Assembly (NCBI GenBank): GCA_963665295.1
Contig: OY762209.1
Span: forward strand, 1,216,001 to 1,280,000
Length of the DNA: 64,000 bases
DNA from: Syntrophorhabdaceae bacterium
GTDB taxonomy: Bacteria; Desulfobacterota; Syntrophorhabdia; Syntrophorhabdales; Syntrophorhabdaceae
Direction: 5' to 3'
The notes under the pieces are model-generated. The model was not told where the DNA came from and ran no database searches. It was given only the letters and a program-made list of their open reading frames with translations. The position numbers were made by a program, and so were the translations under genes. This document shows positions 45,073 through 55,014 of this stretch, one piece after another; the first letter of the stretch is position 1, and each line of letters opens with the position of its first letter.

Positions 45073-45414
45073 ATGGAGGCAGCGGCAGCGGCGGGTATGA
45101 TCGTTACGTCGAATGAGGCACAGAGAAGAAAGTTCCTGGGGGTTGATTTCGTTTTACTCTCCCATGGCCCTGAATCAATGGTAACCAAAATGCTTTACAA
45201 GAAAGGGGACAGTCCCCCGTTGCACACGCATCCGAACGAACAGAGCGGATACGTGGTCTCCGGAAGATACAGGATCGTCATCGATGGTGTCCCTTGCGAG
45301 ATAGGTCCGGGTGATTCATACTCCATCCCCCGCGACGTTGCACATGGGCTGGAAGTCATTGAACCGGGTGAAGTAGTGGACTTTTTCAGCCCTCCGAGAA
45401 AGGACTATCTATAG
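45073..45414 (+). CDS. Cupin-domain protein
   Basis: HTHPNEQ and PRDVAHG cupin motifs; start could be 45097. Confidence 0.9.
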   Translation: MEAAAAAGMIVTSNEAQRRKFLGVDFVLLSHGPESMVTKMLYKKGDSPPLHTHPNEQSGYVVSGRYRIVIDGVPCEIGPGDSYSIPRDVAHGLEVIEPGEVVDFFSPPRKDYL

Positions 45415-45576
45415 GCACTGTCCGCGCCAATCCATGAATGTCCTATGGACAACGTTTCCATGTTGAAATTGAGCCGGAACTGAAAGATAATAAGCCTATC
45501 GGGCCGCTCCGGATCCGATGGAGGAGTATGTTTTTATGGAGCGTTATGCTGCGGGACCTTACTTGTTAGGGATTAT

Positions 45577-45990
45577 ATGGAAATGAAGGGCTACCGGGAG
45601 ACAGAGATGTGCGTGCGCTGCGAGGGGGAGTGCTGCCGGCGACAGCCCGGTCACTGCCTGCCGTCGGAGTTCGAATCAGAGCACGCGGTCAGGGCGGCGG
45701 TGACGAGCGGCATGTATACCATCGTGCTGCTCCTCGACGCGCACATAAAGGCAAGGGTAGTCCGGCCCCATTACAAAGACCCCGGGAGGATGGTGGGCTG
45801 CGTTTTCCTCCGGGAGAAGGGCTGCGAACTGCCCTTTGAGGCCCGGCCCTATGGCTGCCGCATGTTGCGGCCGCGAGAACAGGACGCCGGCCATTGCGAA
45901 CCGGAAGGGATCTCCATCGTGGAGGCGGCGATGATGTGGGAGCAAAGCGGGTACCTGCCCCCGCTATGGGCATGTTCGCTGCCTGGTTGA
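45577..45990 (+). CDS. Cys-cluster (YkgJ/CxxCxxCC-like) protein
   Basis: CVRCEGECC, CVFL..GC, RPYGCR. Confidence 0.75.
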   Translation: MEMKGYRETEMCVRCEGECCRRQPGHCLPSEFESEHAVRAAVTSGMYTIVLLLDAHIKARVVRPHYKDPGRMVGCVFLREKGCELPFEARPYGCRMLRPREQDAGHCEPEGISIVEAAMMWEQSGYLPPLWACSLPG

Positions 45991-46164
45991 CGGCCGTGTC
46001 GGGCCATGACACATATCAAGCCGTACATCGATCGGCGTGCTCCGCAGGCGCGACAACAGGTCTGCTCCGTTCCTGAACCTGACCGTTACGTCATCTGTCT
46101 GTCTATCCACAATCTCCGAGCGGTAATTGTTGCGGGGTAGTAACGTTTTTACCTGAAGAACAAG

Positions 46165-46192
46165 GAAGTCCCCCTATGCACCGGGGGACTTC
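46165..46192 (-). terminator. Hairpin terminator after the C1 peptidase
   Basis: GAAGTCCCCC...GGGGGACTTC stem 15 nt past the stop. Confidence 0.6.
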
Positions 46193-46206
46193 TTGGGACG
46201 ACGACA

Positions 46207-47802
46207 TTACGGGGTGGTGACGGGCGGCTTGTTGGTCTGGGTCACGGTAAAGGTCTTCTTGCTGCTCGTTTTCGCGTCAAGGGTTACGTTGATCTTGCCC
46301 GTTCTCGGCTTGCCGGGGTTGGCGTCCACGTTGTACGTTACCTGGTCTCCGCCTGCGCCCGAGCCCGTAATCACATGAACCCATCCGGAGTCTGCCTGCG
46401 CGGTCCAGGTGCAGTCCGCGGGACTCGTGGCGACGGTAAACAGATTGGTCTCGTGGTCGCCGTTATTGAAGGAGGCGTGGGAAGGGCTCAGGGACTTCAG
46501 GGTGCATGGTTTTCCTTTCAGGGTCGCCTCGAAGGCGGCATTACCGATAGTCACGGAGCCGTTCAGGTCCTTCGAACCGGTGTTGGCGTCCGCCTTCACT
46601 TTAAGCGTTCCCTTGCCGTTATTATAGGACAGGGTGGAGCTGGACGCATGGAGCCACGATACGTTCGGTGTCACCGTGGGGGCCGGACAGACCGGGGCCG
46701 ATGCAATTATCTTGATTGTCGAGTTTCCCCCGCCGGAGTTGTAAGTCACCGGTGTGGAGGGAGTGAGAGCATAGGTGCAACTTGGGAATGCCACGTTCAG
46801 GGTCAGGAAGCTTCTTGTATACTTCGTGGTGCCCGAATAATCCAGGGTGCAGTCATAATTCATATTCATGGCCATGCGGAAGAGCCCGTTCGGCCTCTCC
46901 CCTTTTGCGTTGCCCCAACTGTTGAGGATTATCCAGTAGGGGTTTGCGGGATCGTCATCGTTGTAGCCGACAATCAATACATCATGGCCCCCGCCGCCCT
47001 TTCCGTAGGTCTTCCCGCAGTAGCTGTCGGGATTCCACACGGTTGTCTCGGGGTTGTCGTGCCAGAAATCTCTGAAGGCCGTCCAGTCCGCGGCATCGGC
47101 CAGGTCGAAGCCGAAGAGGACTGCCTTGTTCTGACCGAGGACATTTTTGATATTGCTGATGGCCGTCTCCTGTCCCACATCCTGGGTAGGCACCTGTTCG
47201 GCCGCTATGGTGGAAATGGCGATCTGCGGATTGGTGGATATGGCGCTGCACCGGACACAGGAAGAAGACCCTTCGCCGCATTTTTTGGACCCGTCCTTAA
47301 AAGACCCGTGGCTGTTACTCCATGGCACCGAATACCCTATGGTCGCGTACCACTCGGCAAACTCGTCGATCCCTCCTCCCTTGCATGCGTATTTATCCGT
47401 TTTGCACGAATTGAGGAACTGCACGGAATTGCGGTCCGGAACCCCCTCCTGCACGCTCTGGGCAACCTCCAGGACGCCTGTCGAGGCCCATGCCCAGCAG
47501 TCTCCGCAACTGCCCTGCTCTCTTTCCTTCGGAATGTATGACAGATAGCCGAGAAGGCTCAACGATGTCGCGCGGCCCTCTCTCCGGGCTGCGGACAGCT
47601 CCGAATCCATCTCTTTATCGATATACGCCGTGGGAAGTTTCCGGTAGGCCTCCTGCCGCTGCATCAAGGTATCCCAGTCGGGATGCATGACGGTGCACGG
47701 GGAAGCGCCGGCCCCCGCTATCGTGAGGTCGTCTGAACGGGCGTAGCCCGCAAACGATACGGAAAGACTGACTGCCACAAGTACGATGAAGATGGATTTC
47801 AT
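46207..47802 (-). CDS. Secreted C1 (papain-family) cysteine peptidase with two BACON-like domains
   Basis: QGSCGDCW, GHDVLIVGY, NSWG catalytic motifs; signal peptide; RBS GAGGAGG. Confidence 0.92.
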   Translation of the reverse strand: MKSIFIVLVAVSLSVSFAGYARSDDLTIAGAGASPCTVMHPDWDTLMQRQEAYRKLPTAYIDKEMDSELSAARREGRATSLSLLGYLSYIPKEREQGSCGDCWAWASTGVLEVAQSVQEGVPDRNSVQFLNSCKTDKYACKGGGIDEFAEWYATIGYSVPWSNSHGSFKDGSKKCGEGSSSCVRCSAISTNPQIAISTIAAEQVPTQDVGQETAISNIKNVLGQNKAVLFGFDLADAADWTAFRDFWHDNPETTVWNPDSYCGKTYGKGGGGHDVLIVGYNDDDPANPYWIILNSWGNAKGERPNGLFRMAMNMNYDCTLDYSGTTKYTRSFLTLNVAFPSCTYALTPSTPVTYNSGGGNSTIKIIASAPVCPAPTVTPNVSWLHASSSTLSYNNGKGTLKVKADANTGSKDLNGSVTIGNAAFEATLKGKPCTLKSLSPSHASFNNGDHETNLFTVATSPADCTWTAQADSGWVHVITGSGAGGDQVTYNVDANPGKPRTGKINVTLDAKTSSKKTFTVTQTNKPPVTTP

Positions 47803-48303
47803 TGGACCCTCCTCGATCTTATTGTTTGAGTTTTGCATGGGTTATCCGAGGTGGGAACTGCGCCCCCCTCCCTTATTATCGGAATCGAAGCCCGATTCTT
47901 TAGTTTCTTCTTATGGCCGCGACAAAGAGAAGACCTCTATAAGGCAAGGATAGCAAACATTGAGAAACTGCGCAACAAACCATGCAGAGTCAAGGCTAAA
48001 AATTTCGCCGCCCCCGCTCCCGCGTCAAAGTGCGCCATGACGATGATCTCATCCCATAGCCGTCCCCATCCGCAAAAAAGGCTTGACAGTCTTCAGCGTT
48101 ATATATAAGAATCAATAACGGTACATCTTATGAAGCCACGACGATGCGTCTTGTTCCGTGGTTGCGGTTTTCCGAGGGAGAGAAGGCAGCCGGCCGCCCG
48201 ACCTTATTCGCCCACGCGCCGGAGGCCGGGAAACAAAGCAGCAAATCACGGGAAAAAGGCGGATTTCATGCGGTCTGTTCGGGGCAGCGTCTACCCGTGG
48301 AGA

Positions 48304-48894
48304 AGCGGGTGGGTTGGGGTAGGATGGGACCTCGACGTGGGATCGATCCAGCAATCAACCAAATGGGGCCTCTCCTACGACCGGAACGGGCAACCCCCAA
48401 GCATTCAACCGGTATTCGTACGCCATAGGCAACCCCATCACTTATACTGATCCCACCTTGTCCGGATGGGGAAAATATCGGTCGGGGACGTGGGCGGCGC
48501 AAAGCACGCGGGGGCGGACTCCGCGACGGACGGGCATAGGAACATGGACATGGATCAATTCAACCAGGATGCGGGCAAAAGGTGGCGGCATTACCTCCGG
48601 GACTTCTTTATCACACCGTCCGAACTGGTGGAAGCGTGGCGGAATCTCAACGACCTGAAAAGACTCAACGACTTAATGTCAAGGCCGGCGTCGTGGGAGT
48701 CCGGTCCCAATTCGGATATCGACACGGGTGCCCAGGCCGCCACCAATACCTCCGCCACCGGCGCCCAGGCCACCACGGCAGACTGGTTTCCGTGGTTGGA
48801 TCCGTCTTATGCCTTTACCCTGGACGGCAGGTATCCCTTTAGGAGCTGTCTTATGTTCGACTACCAGGCTTTTGGTGCGGATTATGGGGAATAA
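48304..48894 (+). pseudogene. Collapsed SpvB/TcaC-Rhs toxin gene remnant
   Basis: SGWVGVGWDLDVGSIQQSTKWG (SpvB-like) followed in another frame by GNPQAFNRYSYAIGNPITYTDPT (end of Rhs core), then C-terminal fragments. Confidence 0.75.
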
Positions 48895-50495
48895 AAACAG
48901 GGATGTCGTAAACAGGACGGCGCCTGGGATCATAACATGAGAGGTAAACCTATGAGGATTGTGATGATAATACTCGTATTATGCCACGTGTTGCTGTTCG
49001 CGGCGGCAAGCGGGAGAGACGCTTGCGCTCAGAACGCCGGGAGCGGGGTGGTCTCAGTTGGCGATTCCGTATTAGTTGCTAATACTGCGGTAGGTACGCC
49101 GCTGGGGAGGATACTCCTCATCCGCAAAGGCCCGACTTGCTGCGCCCTGAAGTTCACTGAATTCTGGGCCGCTAAGACCGAAAAGGACAGGTACAAGGGC
49201 AAAGACTGGTGGAATTACGCACGGTATGAGACGTGGTATCAGGGTGACGGAACGGGAGACTTCTCAAAAAGGAACGTCGAAGTCAAGGAGGATGAGGTCC
49301 ACGAGGCGCGCCATTTTGCCATAGGCCGACTTGTGCTGGGTTTTGGCGGCGATAGAGGCCAGGTCCAATGCGGGCCTATAAAGTTACTTTGGACACAAAA
49401 CGGAATTGTGTGCTTTTATAGATTGGGAATGAGTACCTCCCCGGAGCGCATCAAGGAATACGGCATCGAGCTTGCCCCGACCCCCTGGAAGGACATCTCC
49501 GAGGTGGACCTGCACGACCCCCGGATCACGTGGTACGTCTATGACGACGCAAGGGAGCGGACGGACATCCCTATAGACCGGCTCTGGCCGGAGAAAAACA
49601 AAGTTCGGGAGCCGAAATAAAAGGGAGACTGAAGGCCTGCGGGTAACCGCTTTCAGACCATGACGGCAAGGAGAGCACGAGGTCCTGACCAACGGCCATA
49701 TATGAGGAAGGCCTTAAGGCTCCTCCGTTGTTTGAGGCGATGAATTGCTTTGTCGCGTAGTTTACGGGGAACAAAGACAGGGATGTCGTAAACAGGACGG
49801 CGCCCGGGACCATAACATGAGAGGTAAACCTATGAGGATTGTGATGATAATACTCGTATTATGCCACGTGTTACTGTTCGCGGCGGCAAGCGGGAGAGAC
49901 GCTTGCGCTCAGAACGCCGGGAGCGGGGTTGGCCCGGCCGGCGGTCCTGTATCATTTGCCCCTGCCGGTCTTGGTATGCCGCTGGGGAGGATTCTTCTCA
50001 TCCGGAAAGGCCCGACTTGCTGCGTCCTGAAGTTCACTGAATTCTGGGCCGCTAAGACCGAAAAGGACAGGTGCAAGGGCAAAGACTGGTGGGACTACGC
50101 ACGGTATGAGACGTGGTACCAGGGTGACGGAACAGGAGATTTTTCAAAAGGGAACGTCGAGGTCAAGGAAGATGAGGTGCGGCATGCGCGTCATTTTGCC
50201 ATAGGCCGACTTGTGTTGGGTTTTGGCGGCGACAGAGGCGAACTTCAGTGCGGCCCCATAAGGCTGGCCTGTGGTCCGAACGGCGGCGTACATTTCTTCA
50301 TGCTCGGAATGAGTACCTCCCCGGAGCGCATCAAGGAATACGGCATCGAGCTTGCCCCGACCCCCTGGAAGGACATCTCCGAGGTGGACCTGCGCGATCC
50401 CCGGATCACGTGGTAACGTCTATGACGACGCAAGGGAGCGGACGGACATCCCTGTAGACCGTCTCTGGCCGGAGAAAAACAAAGCGCGGGAGCCG
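48882..50495 (+). repeat. Direct duplication of about 730 bp at 880-bp offset
   Basis: 48882-49614 is highly similar to 49762-50495, including about 70 bp upstream of the gene. Confidence 0.92.
48952..49620 (+). CDS. Secreted hypothetical protein, putative toxin immunity protein (copy 1)
   Basis: Signal peptide; RBS GAGG; directly downstream of the Rhs remnant; alternative start 48937. Confidence 0.75.
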   Translation: MRIVMIILVLCHVLLFAAASGRDACAQNAGSGVVSVGDSVLVANTAVGTPLGRILLIRKGPTCCALKFTEFWAAKTEKDRYKGKDWWNYARYETWYQGDGTGDFSKRNVEVKEDEVHEARHFAIGRLVLGFGGDRGQVQCGPIKLLWTQNGIVCFYRLGMSTSPERIKEYGIELAPTPWKDISEVDLHDPRITWYVYDDARERTDIPIDRLWPEKNKVREPK

Positions 50496-50498
50496 TAA
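49832..50498 (+). pseudogene. Frameshifted paralog (copy 2)
   Basis: TGGTAACGTC versus TGGTACGTC in copy 1: one extra A creates a stop at 50414-50416; homology continues to TAA 50498. Confidence 0.8.
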
Positions 50499-50690
50499 TT
50501 TTTTGTCCCACCCATTCCGGAAGGCGACAAATGCAGTCGCCCATATGTTGTGGCCCGCAACCGGTAATTCTTTACTCTCCTTGCCATTTCTCCTTGAAAA
50601 CAAACCTGATTTAGAGGACAATGGACTTAGAGACGGGGAGTCAACGGAATACGTCCCTTACAGGGTCGGAATCGATTTGAGGTGGCAATC

Positions 50691-52052
50691 ATGAAGAAGA
50701 TTTTCGGTCTGGTCGTTGCTTTCATATTTGTTGCCGCAGTTGCCGGGGCTACACTCCCCACGCGGGAGCGGTTCAATGTCAATCGTGCGGCCATGATGTC
50801 CGCCGCCGGATTATCCCTTTCCGCGGACGGCGTTCTGAGACTTCAGAATATCCTTGCGGGAAGAGTGGAGCAGGACCGGGTTGGTTTTGATTCCCCTTTC
50901 TTTCTCAAGCCCGCTTTAAGCCCTGATTTGCTGCGCAACGACGCAGGCCGGGTGAAAAAGTTTCTGGACATAGTCAACGACAGAAAACTAGTGGAAGGCT
51001 TTCTCACGGGAGGCGGCCGCTTTGTGAAGGGAAGCAGGTCATTCCGTGTCGTATACTCCCTCGAAGAGTCCGTCCCTGAAAGGACTGATGGAAAGACCGG
51101 TTTGATTCCGGACAGGAGATATTATCTCAAGGTCATGACAATAAGGTCCGGGGAATCATCGGGTTCCGTAAAAGGAACAAGTGAGTTCCGCTTCGATATC
51201 GAAGCCGCGCAGTCCGGGGACGCGGCGACAATATCAAACCTCCTGAAGAAGGGCCTCAACGTCAATGCAAAGGATGATCAGGATGGCAGGACGCTCCTGA
51301 TGCATGCAGCCTGGTTTGAACATATGGACGTTATGGGCATTCTCATCGACAAGGGCGCCGATGTGAACGCAAGAAGCAAGAACGGCGCGACGGCGCTCAT
51401 CCTCGCGGCCGATAAAGGCAATGCTGAAATCGTGAAGTTCCTCATCGATAGGGGGGCGGACATCAACGCAAAGGACGGCAATGGAACAGCGCTCATGTCG
51501 GCGGCCGATAAGGGTAATGCTGAATTTGTGCGCTTTCTCATGGAAAAAGGGGCGGATGTCAATGCAAGGACCGGCAAGGGCACGGCGCTCATCCTCGCGG
51601 CCGATAAAGGCAATACTGAAATCGTGAATTTTCTCCTCGACAGGGGCGCTGATGTCAACGGGAAGGACTCTCTCGGGTATACCGCATTGATGAAGGCGGC
51701 CGGCAGAGGCCACGCGAACATCACGCGCCTTTTGCTCGACAAAGGGGCGGATGTCAACACCGGCACGAATGACGGCTATGGGGCGTTAACCTATGCGGCC
51801 GGTTCCGGCCACACGGATATCGTAAGGGCTCTCATCGACAAAGGGGCGGATGTAAACGCGAAGAGTTCCATTGGTTATACCGCCCTGATGAGCGCCGCCA
51901 CTTCCGGCCGCGTGAATGTCGTAAAAGTCCTGATCGACAAAGGCGCTGATGTCAACGCGAAGAGTTCCAGCGGCGATACGGCGTTGATCAGGGCGTCCAG
52001 GTATGGTCATCCTGATGTCGCCGATATACTGAGAGGCGCGGGAGCCAGGTAG
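50691..52052 (+). CDS. Secreted ankyrin-repeat protein
   Basis: Signal peptide, unique N-domain, about 8 repeats (TALxxAA..G..LLDKGADVNA). Confidence 0.92.
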   Translation: MKKIFGLVVAFIFVAAVAGATLPTRERFNVNRAAMMSAAGLSLSADGVLRLQNILAGRVEQDRVGFDSPFFLKPALSPDLLRNDAGRVKKFLDIVNDRKLVEGFLTGGGRFVKGSRSFRVVYSLEESVPERTDGKTGLIPDRRYYLKVMTIRSGESSGSVKGTSEFRFDIEAAQSGDAATISNLLKKGLNVNAKDDQDGRTLLMHAAWFEHMDVMGILIDKGADVNARSKNGATALILAADKGNAEIVKFLIDRGADINAKDGNGTALMSAADKGNAEFVRFLMEKGADVNARTGKGTALILAADKGNTEIVNFLLDRGADVNGKDSLGYTALMKAAGRGHANITRLLLDKGADVNTGTNDGYGALTYAAGSGHTDIVRALIDKGADVNAKSSIGYTALMSAATSGRVNVVKVLIDKGADVNAKSSSGDTALIRASRYGHPDVADILRGAGAR

Positions 52053-52094
52053 GCGGCATGCGGCGCTGCGACCGGCAGGCCATGACAGTACCTG

Positions 52095-54797
52095 CTACTT
52101 CTTCTGATTCACCGTGAACGTCTTCTTCACCGTCGGCTTCAGAGCGACAGCCACATTGATCTTGCCTGTTCTGTTCTTTCCCTCGGCGGGAGATACGGAA
52201 TATCCGACCTGACCGGTACCGGTCCCCGGCGTTCCCGACGTTATCGCGATCCATTGAGTGGAGGCCTGGTTCATCACCTCCGCGGTCCATCCGCAATCCG
52301 AAGGGGTTGCGGTAACGGTGAACGTGCCGGAACCTCCCGCGTTCTGGAAGGTTTTCGTGGAGGAGGGGCTTAAAGACCCGAGCTTGCACGTTGCTCCCTT
52401 CTCGGTGGCCCTGACGCTATCGCTGCTGCTTATGGACACCGTTGCCGACCTGTCGGCCGAAGAGCCTGAATTGGCGGTTGCCTTCAAGGTAACAGTCCCG
52501 CTATTTCTGCTGATCGTCGCTCTGGTGGACGTGAGCCACGTTTGACCTGACGCGGGCGTCACCGTAGGGACCGCACAGGACGGGGCACCCGAGGCAGTTA
52601 TCTTTACAGTCGCGCTCCCCCCGCTGCTGTTGAAGGTCAGGTTTCTTGACGAGGTGACCGCATAGGAGCAGGCGGCGAAGGTCGCAGTTACCGATTTGGC
52701 TCCGTCCATGGTCACTCTGCAGGTTTTTGTCCCGGTGCAGCCGGACCCGCTCCACCCCATGAAGCCGCTGTCCGGAGACGCGGTGGCCGTAAGGGTCACC
52801 CTGGCGCCCTGTACGAAATCGTGGGAGCAGGTGGCCCCGCAGTTGATGCCGGCAGGGGAACTCGTCACCGTGCCGGTCCCGTTGCCGTCCCGGGTGACGG
52901 AAAGGGTCGGGGACTGGGCGTCCGACTGGGTTATGACGAAGACCGTCTTCCCCACCCGGATCCGGGCGGTGCGCCGGCCGCTGCCGGTAAAGGGATCCAC
53001 CGCGTAGGTTACCGATCCGTTCCCTGTCGCGCTCCCGCCGGATGAAATCCTCGTCCACAGGTCATCCGTGGCCGCGGACCAGTTGCAGTCCGGCGACGAG
53101 GCAGTGACGCTGATTGTCCCCGACCCGCCTGACGGGCCGAATGTCCCTGCCGATGGAGACAGGGTATAGGAGCAAGGCGCGGACGCCGAATAGGCGCCCG
53201 GCGGTCCCGGCAGGGTCCTCGTGTGGCCGTCGCGATCGACAGGCACCGCGTTACTCAAGTTCCCCGCAGGCACCTCGGGCGATAGCGGCGCGTCGGCCCA
53301 GGTGAAGTCGGGAATCGAATAGGTGGGGCTCGTGAAGACGTTACTTCCCGCCGAGGGGTGGAAATCTCCATGGGCGGGGTCCACCAGTTGGGGCAATACC
53401 ATGTTGATCGCATTATCCGCCCGGAGTTGGGTCGCGTTGCAGGCCGGGTTCGCGGGCTGACAACCCTGATCGGGTTCTTCGATGCCGAGAGGAAGGTCCG
53501 CGGGACCGTTCCAGATCATGTTGCCCCTTATGGAAAGGTCGTCGTCCGCAAGGGACGGGTCCGGGATGTTCAGGAACCCTGAAGGGGCCGGGGTAATAGG
53601 CCCCCGGACGCTGAAGTGGCTGTACTCTGTTCGGGTGGCGGCCGGATTATAGAAAAGGTTGTTGAAAAAATAGACGTTCCTGTTCGGCAACGCGGTTACG
53701 GAGTCGGTCAGGATAACAGGTCCGAAACCGCCCGTCGCGGCGTAGGCCTCGCATTGCGGAACGGGGTCCGGCAGCTCATCCGTGGCGGTGCAGTTGCGGT
53801 CTCCCTGCCACGCGTTGATCAGGCTGTATCCGTTATCCGTGGAGATGCCGACCCGGTAGAGGGTATTATATGCGAAAAGCGTATTATATCCTCCCGCCGC
53901 CATCATGCCCACGCCGGGAATATCGTGGAGCACGTTGTTTACGAACTTGATATCGTACGTATCGTAATGGAGCCAGGGCGATGTCATCATGGCGAAATTT
54001 GCCGCTTCGCCCGCCTCGAAACCAAGGGCGCAGTCTCTTAACTCGTTGTCCTGAATGAGGAGATAGGATGTCCCGCCTTTTATATACATGCACCACTGTC
54101 CCGCGGTATGAAGACGGTTGCCCAGGAAGTGGCCGTATTGAACGACCATGTAGTCCACGCTGGTATGCCACGCCCCGCCGATGGTGCAGTCTTCCACGTA
54201 GAGATGCCGGGTCTGATTCACCTTGAGGACTTCCTGGAGGTTGTTGCACGAATCGTTGGGGCAATCCGGCCCTGCCACGGACAGCCTGCGCAGGAGCACG
54301 TGGTCGCCCGCCTCCAGGTGCAGGAGGTTGTTGCCCGGATAGTTTGTGGGCAACGACCCTCCGCCCACGAGGTTCAGGTCTATAAGGTAGAGATAATGAA
54401 CGTTCTTGAGATTGAAACCGCCCCGTATCGTTACCGTGTCCGGTCCTTCGGAGGCCCTCATGATGAGGGGAGATTCGCGGGTGCCGATCCTGTCCGAGAA
54501 ATAGTTGATGCAATTTTCGTTTTCAGGACCCGGCTCGCAGCGATAGGTGCCGGGCATCATATTGATCCTGTAACCGGTGGCGGAGAGTGTCCCGGGAACC
54601 TGATTCCATGCGGCGGTGATCGTCTTCAGGGCCTCGTCGGGCCGGGCACCCGAATTCCCATCGTTCCCGTTCACCGGATCGACGTAAATCTCGGTGACGG
54701 CGGGAGACCCTATGTCATAGGGCGTTGCGCCGAAGGGTGCGCCTGCGGGCAGGAACAGGGAAAGGAGAAGGACAAAAAAGACCCTATGGTTTTTCAT
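52095..54797 (-). CDS. Secreted right-handed beta-helix protein with InlB-B-repeat and BACON-like domains
   Basis: YVDPVNGNDGNSG, beta-helix-like body, VTSSPAGINCG repeat, three BACON-like units. Confidence 0.85.
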   Translation of the reverse strand: MKNHRVFFVLLLSLFLPAGAPFGATPYDIGSPAVTEIYVDPVNGNDGNSGARPDEALKTITAAWNQVPGTLSATGYRINMMPGTYRCEPGPENENCINYFSDRIGTRESPLIMRASEGPDTVTIRGGFNLKNVHYLYLIDLNLVGGGSLPTNYPGNNLLHLEAGDHVLLRRLSVAGPDCPNDSCNNLQEVLKVNQTRHLYVEDCTIGGAWHTSVDYMVVQYGHFLGNRLHTAGQWCMYIKGGTSYLLIQDNELRDCALGFEAGEAANFAMMTSPWLHYDTYDIKFVNNVLHDIPGVGMMAAGGYNTLFAYNTLYRVGISTDNGYSLINAWQGDRNCTATDELPDPVPQCEAYAATGGFGPVILTDSVTALPNRNVYFFNNLFYNPAATRTEYSHFSVRGPITPAPSGFLNIPDPSLADDDLSIRGNMIWNGPADLPLGIEEPDQGCQPANPACNATQLRADNAINMVLPQLVDPAHGDFHPSAGSNVFTSPTYSIPDFTWADAPLSPEVPAGNLSNAVPVDRDGHTRTLPGPPGAYSASAPCSYTLSPSAGTFGPSGGSGTISVTASSPDCNWSAATDDLWTRISSGGSATGNGSVTYAVDPFTGSGRRTARIRVGKTVFVITQSDAQSPTLSVTRDGNGTGTVTSSPAGINCGATCSHDFVQGARVTLTATASPDSGFMGWSGSGCTGTKTCRVTMDGAKSVTATFAACSYAVTSSRNLTFNSSGGSATVKITASGAPSCAVPTVTPASGQTWLTSTRATISRNSGTVTLKATANSGSSADRSATVSISSSDSVRATEKGATCKLGSLSPSSTKTFQNAGGSGTFTVTATPSDCGWTAEVMNQASTQWIAITSGTPGTGTGQVGYSVSPAEGKNRTGKINVAVALKPTVKKTFTVNQKK

Positions 54798-55014
54798 GGT
54801 ATCCCCCCAAAGGATGTGTGTTCGCATCCGGACAGGAACGGCCTGCCCCAAGGATCATATTCTACCGCCCGGCGCCCGGCGCGTCAAGTTGAGATGCGTG
54901 CGAACTCACCCTCGAATTTGACAAGATATGCACCAAAGAGTTAGAAAAGGAGGGCAGGCGGCGATATATTCCAGGGCCGGTGCGGACGAAAAATTTGACA
55001 TCCGGGGCGGGGAG

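Noticed and set aside
39552..45990. Integron cassette array among co-oriented small genes
   Set aside because: No integrase and no repeated attC-like structures after the stop codons
48466..48700. Phospholipase A2-like identity for the Rhs toxin tip
   Set aside because: Only vague resemblance across frameshifts and no intact catalytic motif; left unassigned
48882..50498. Diversity-generating retroelement TR/VR pair
   Set aside because: Differences are not adenine-specific, the whole gene is duplicated, and no reverse transcriptase is in the window
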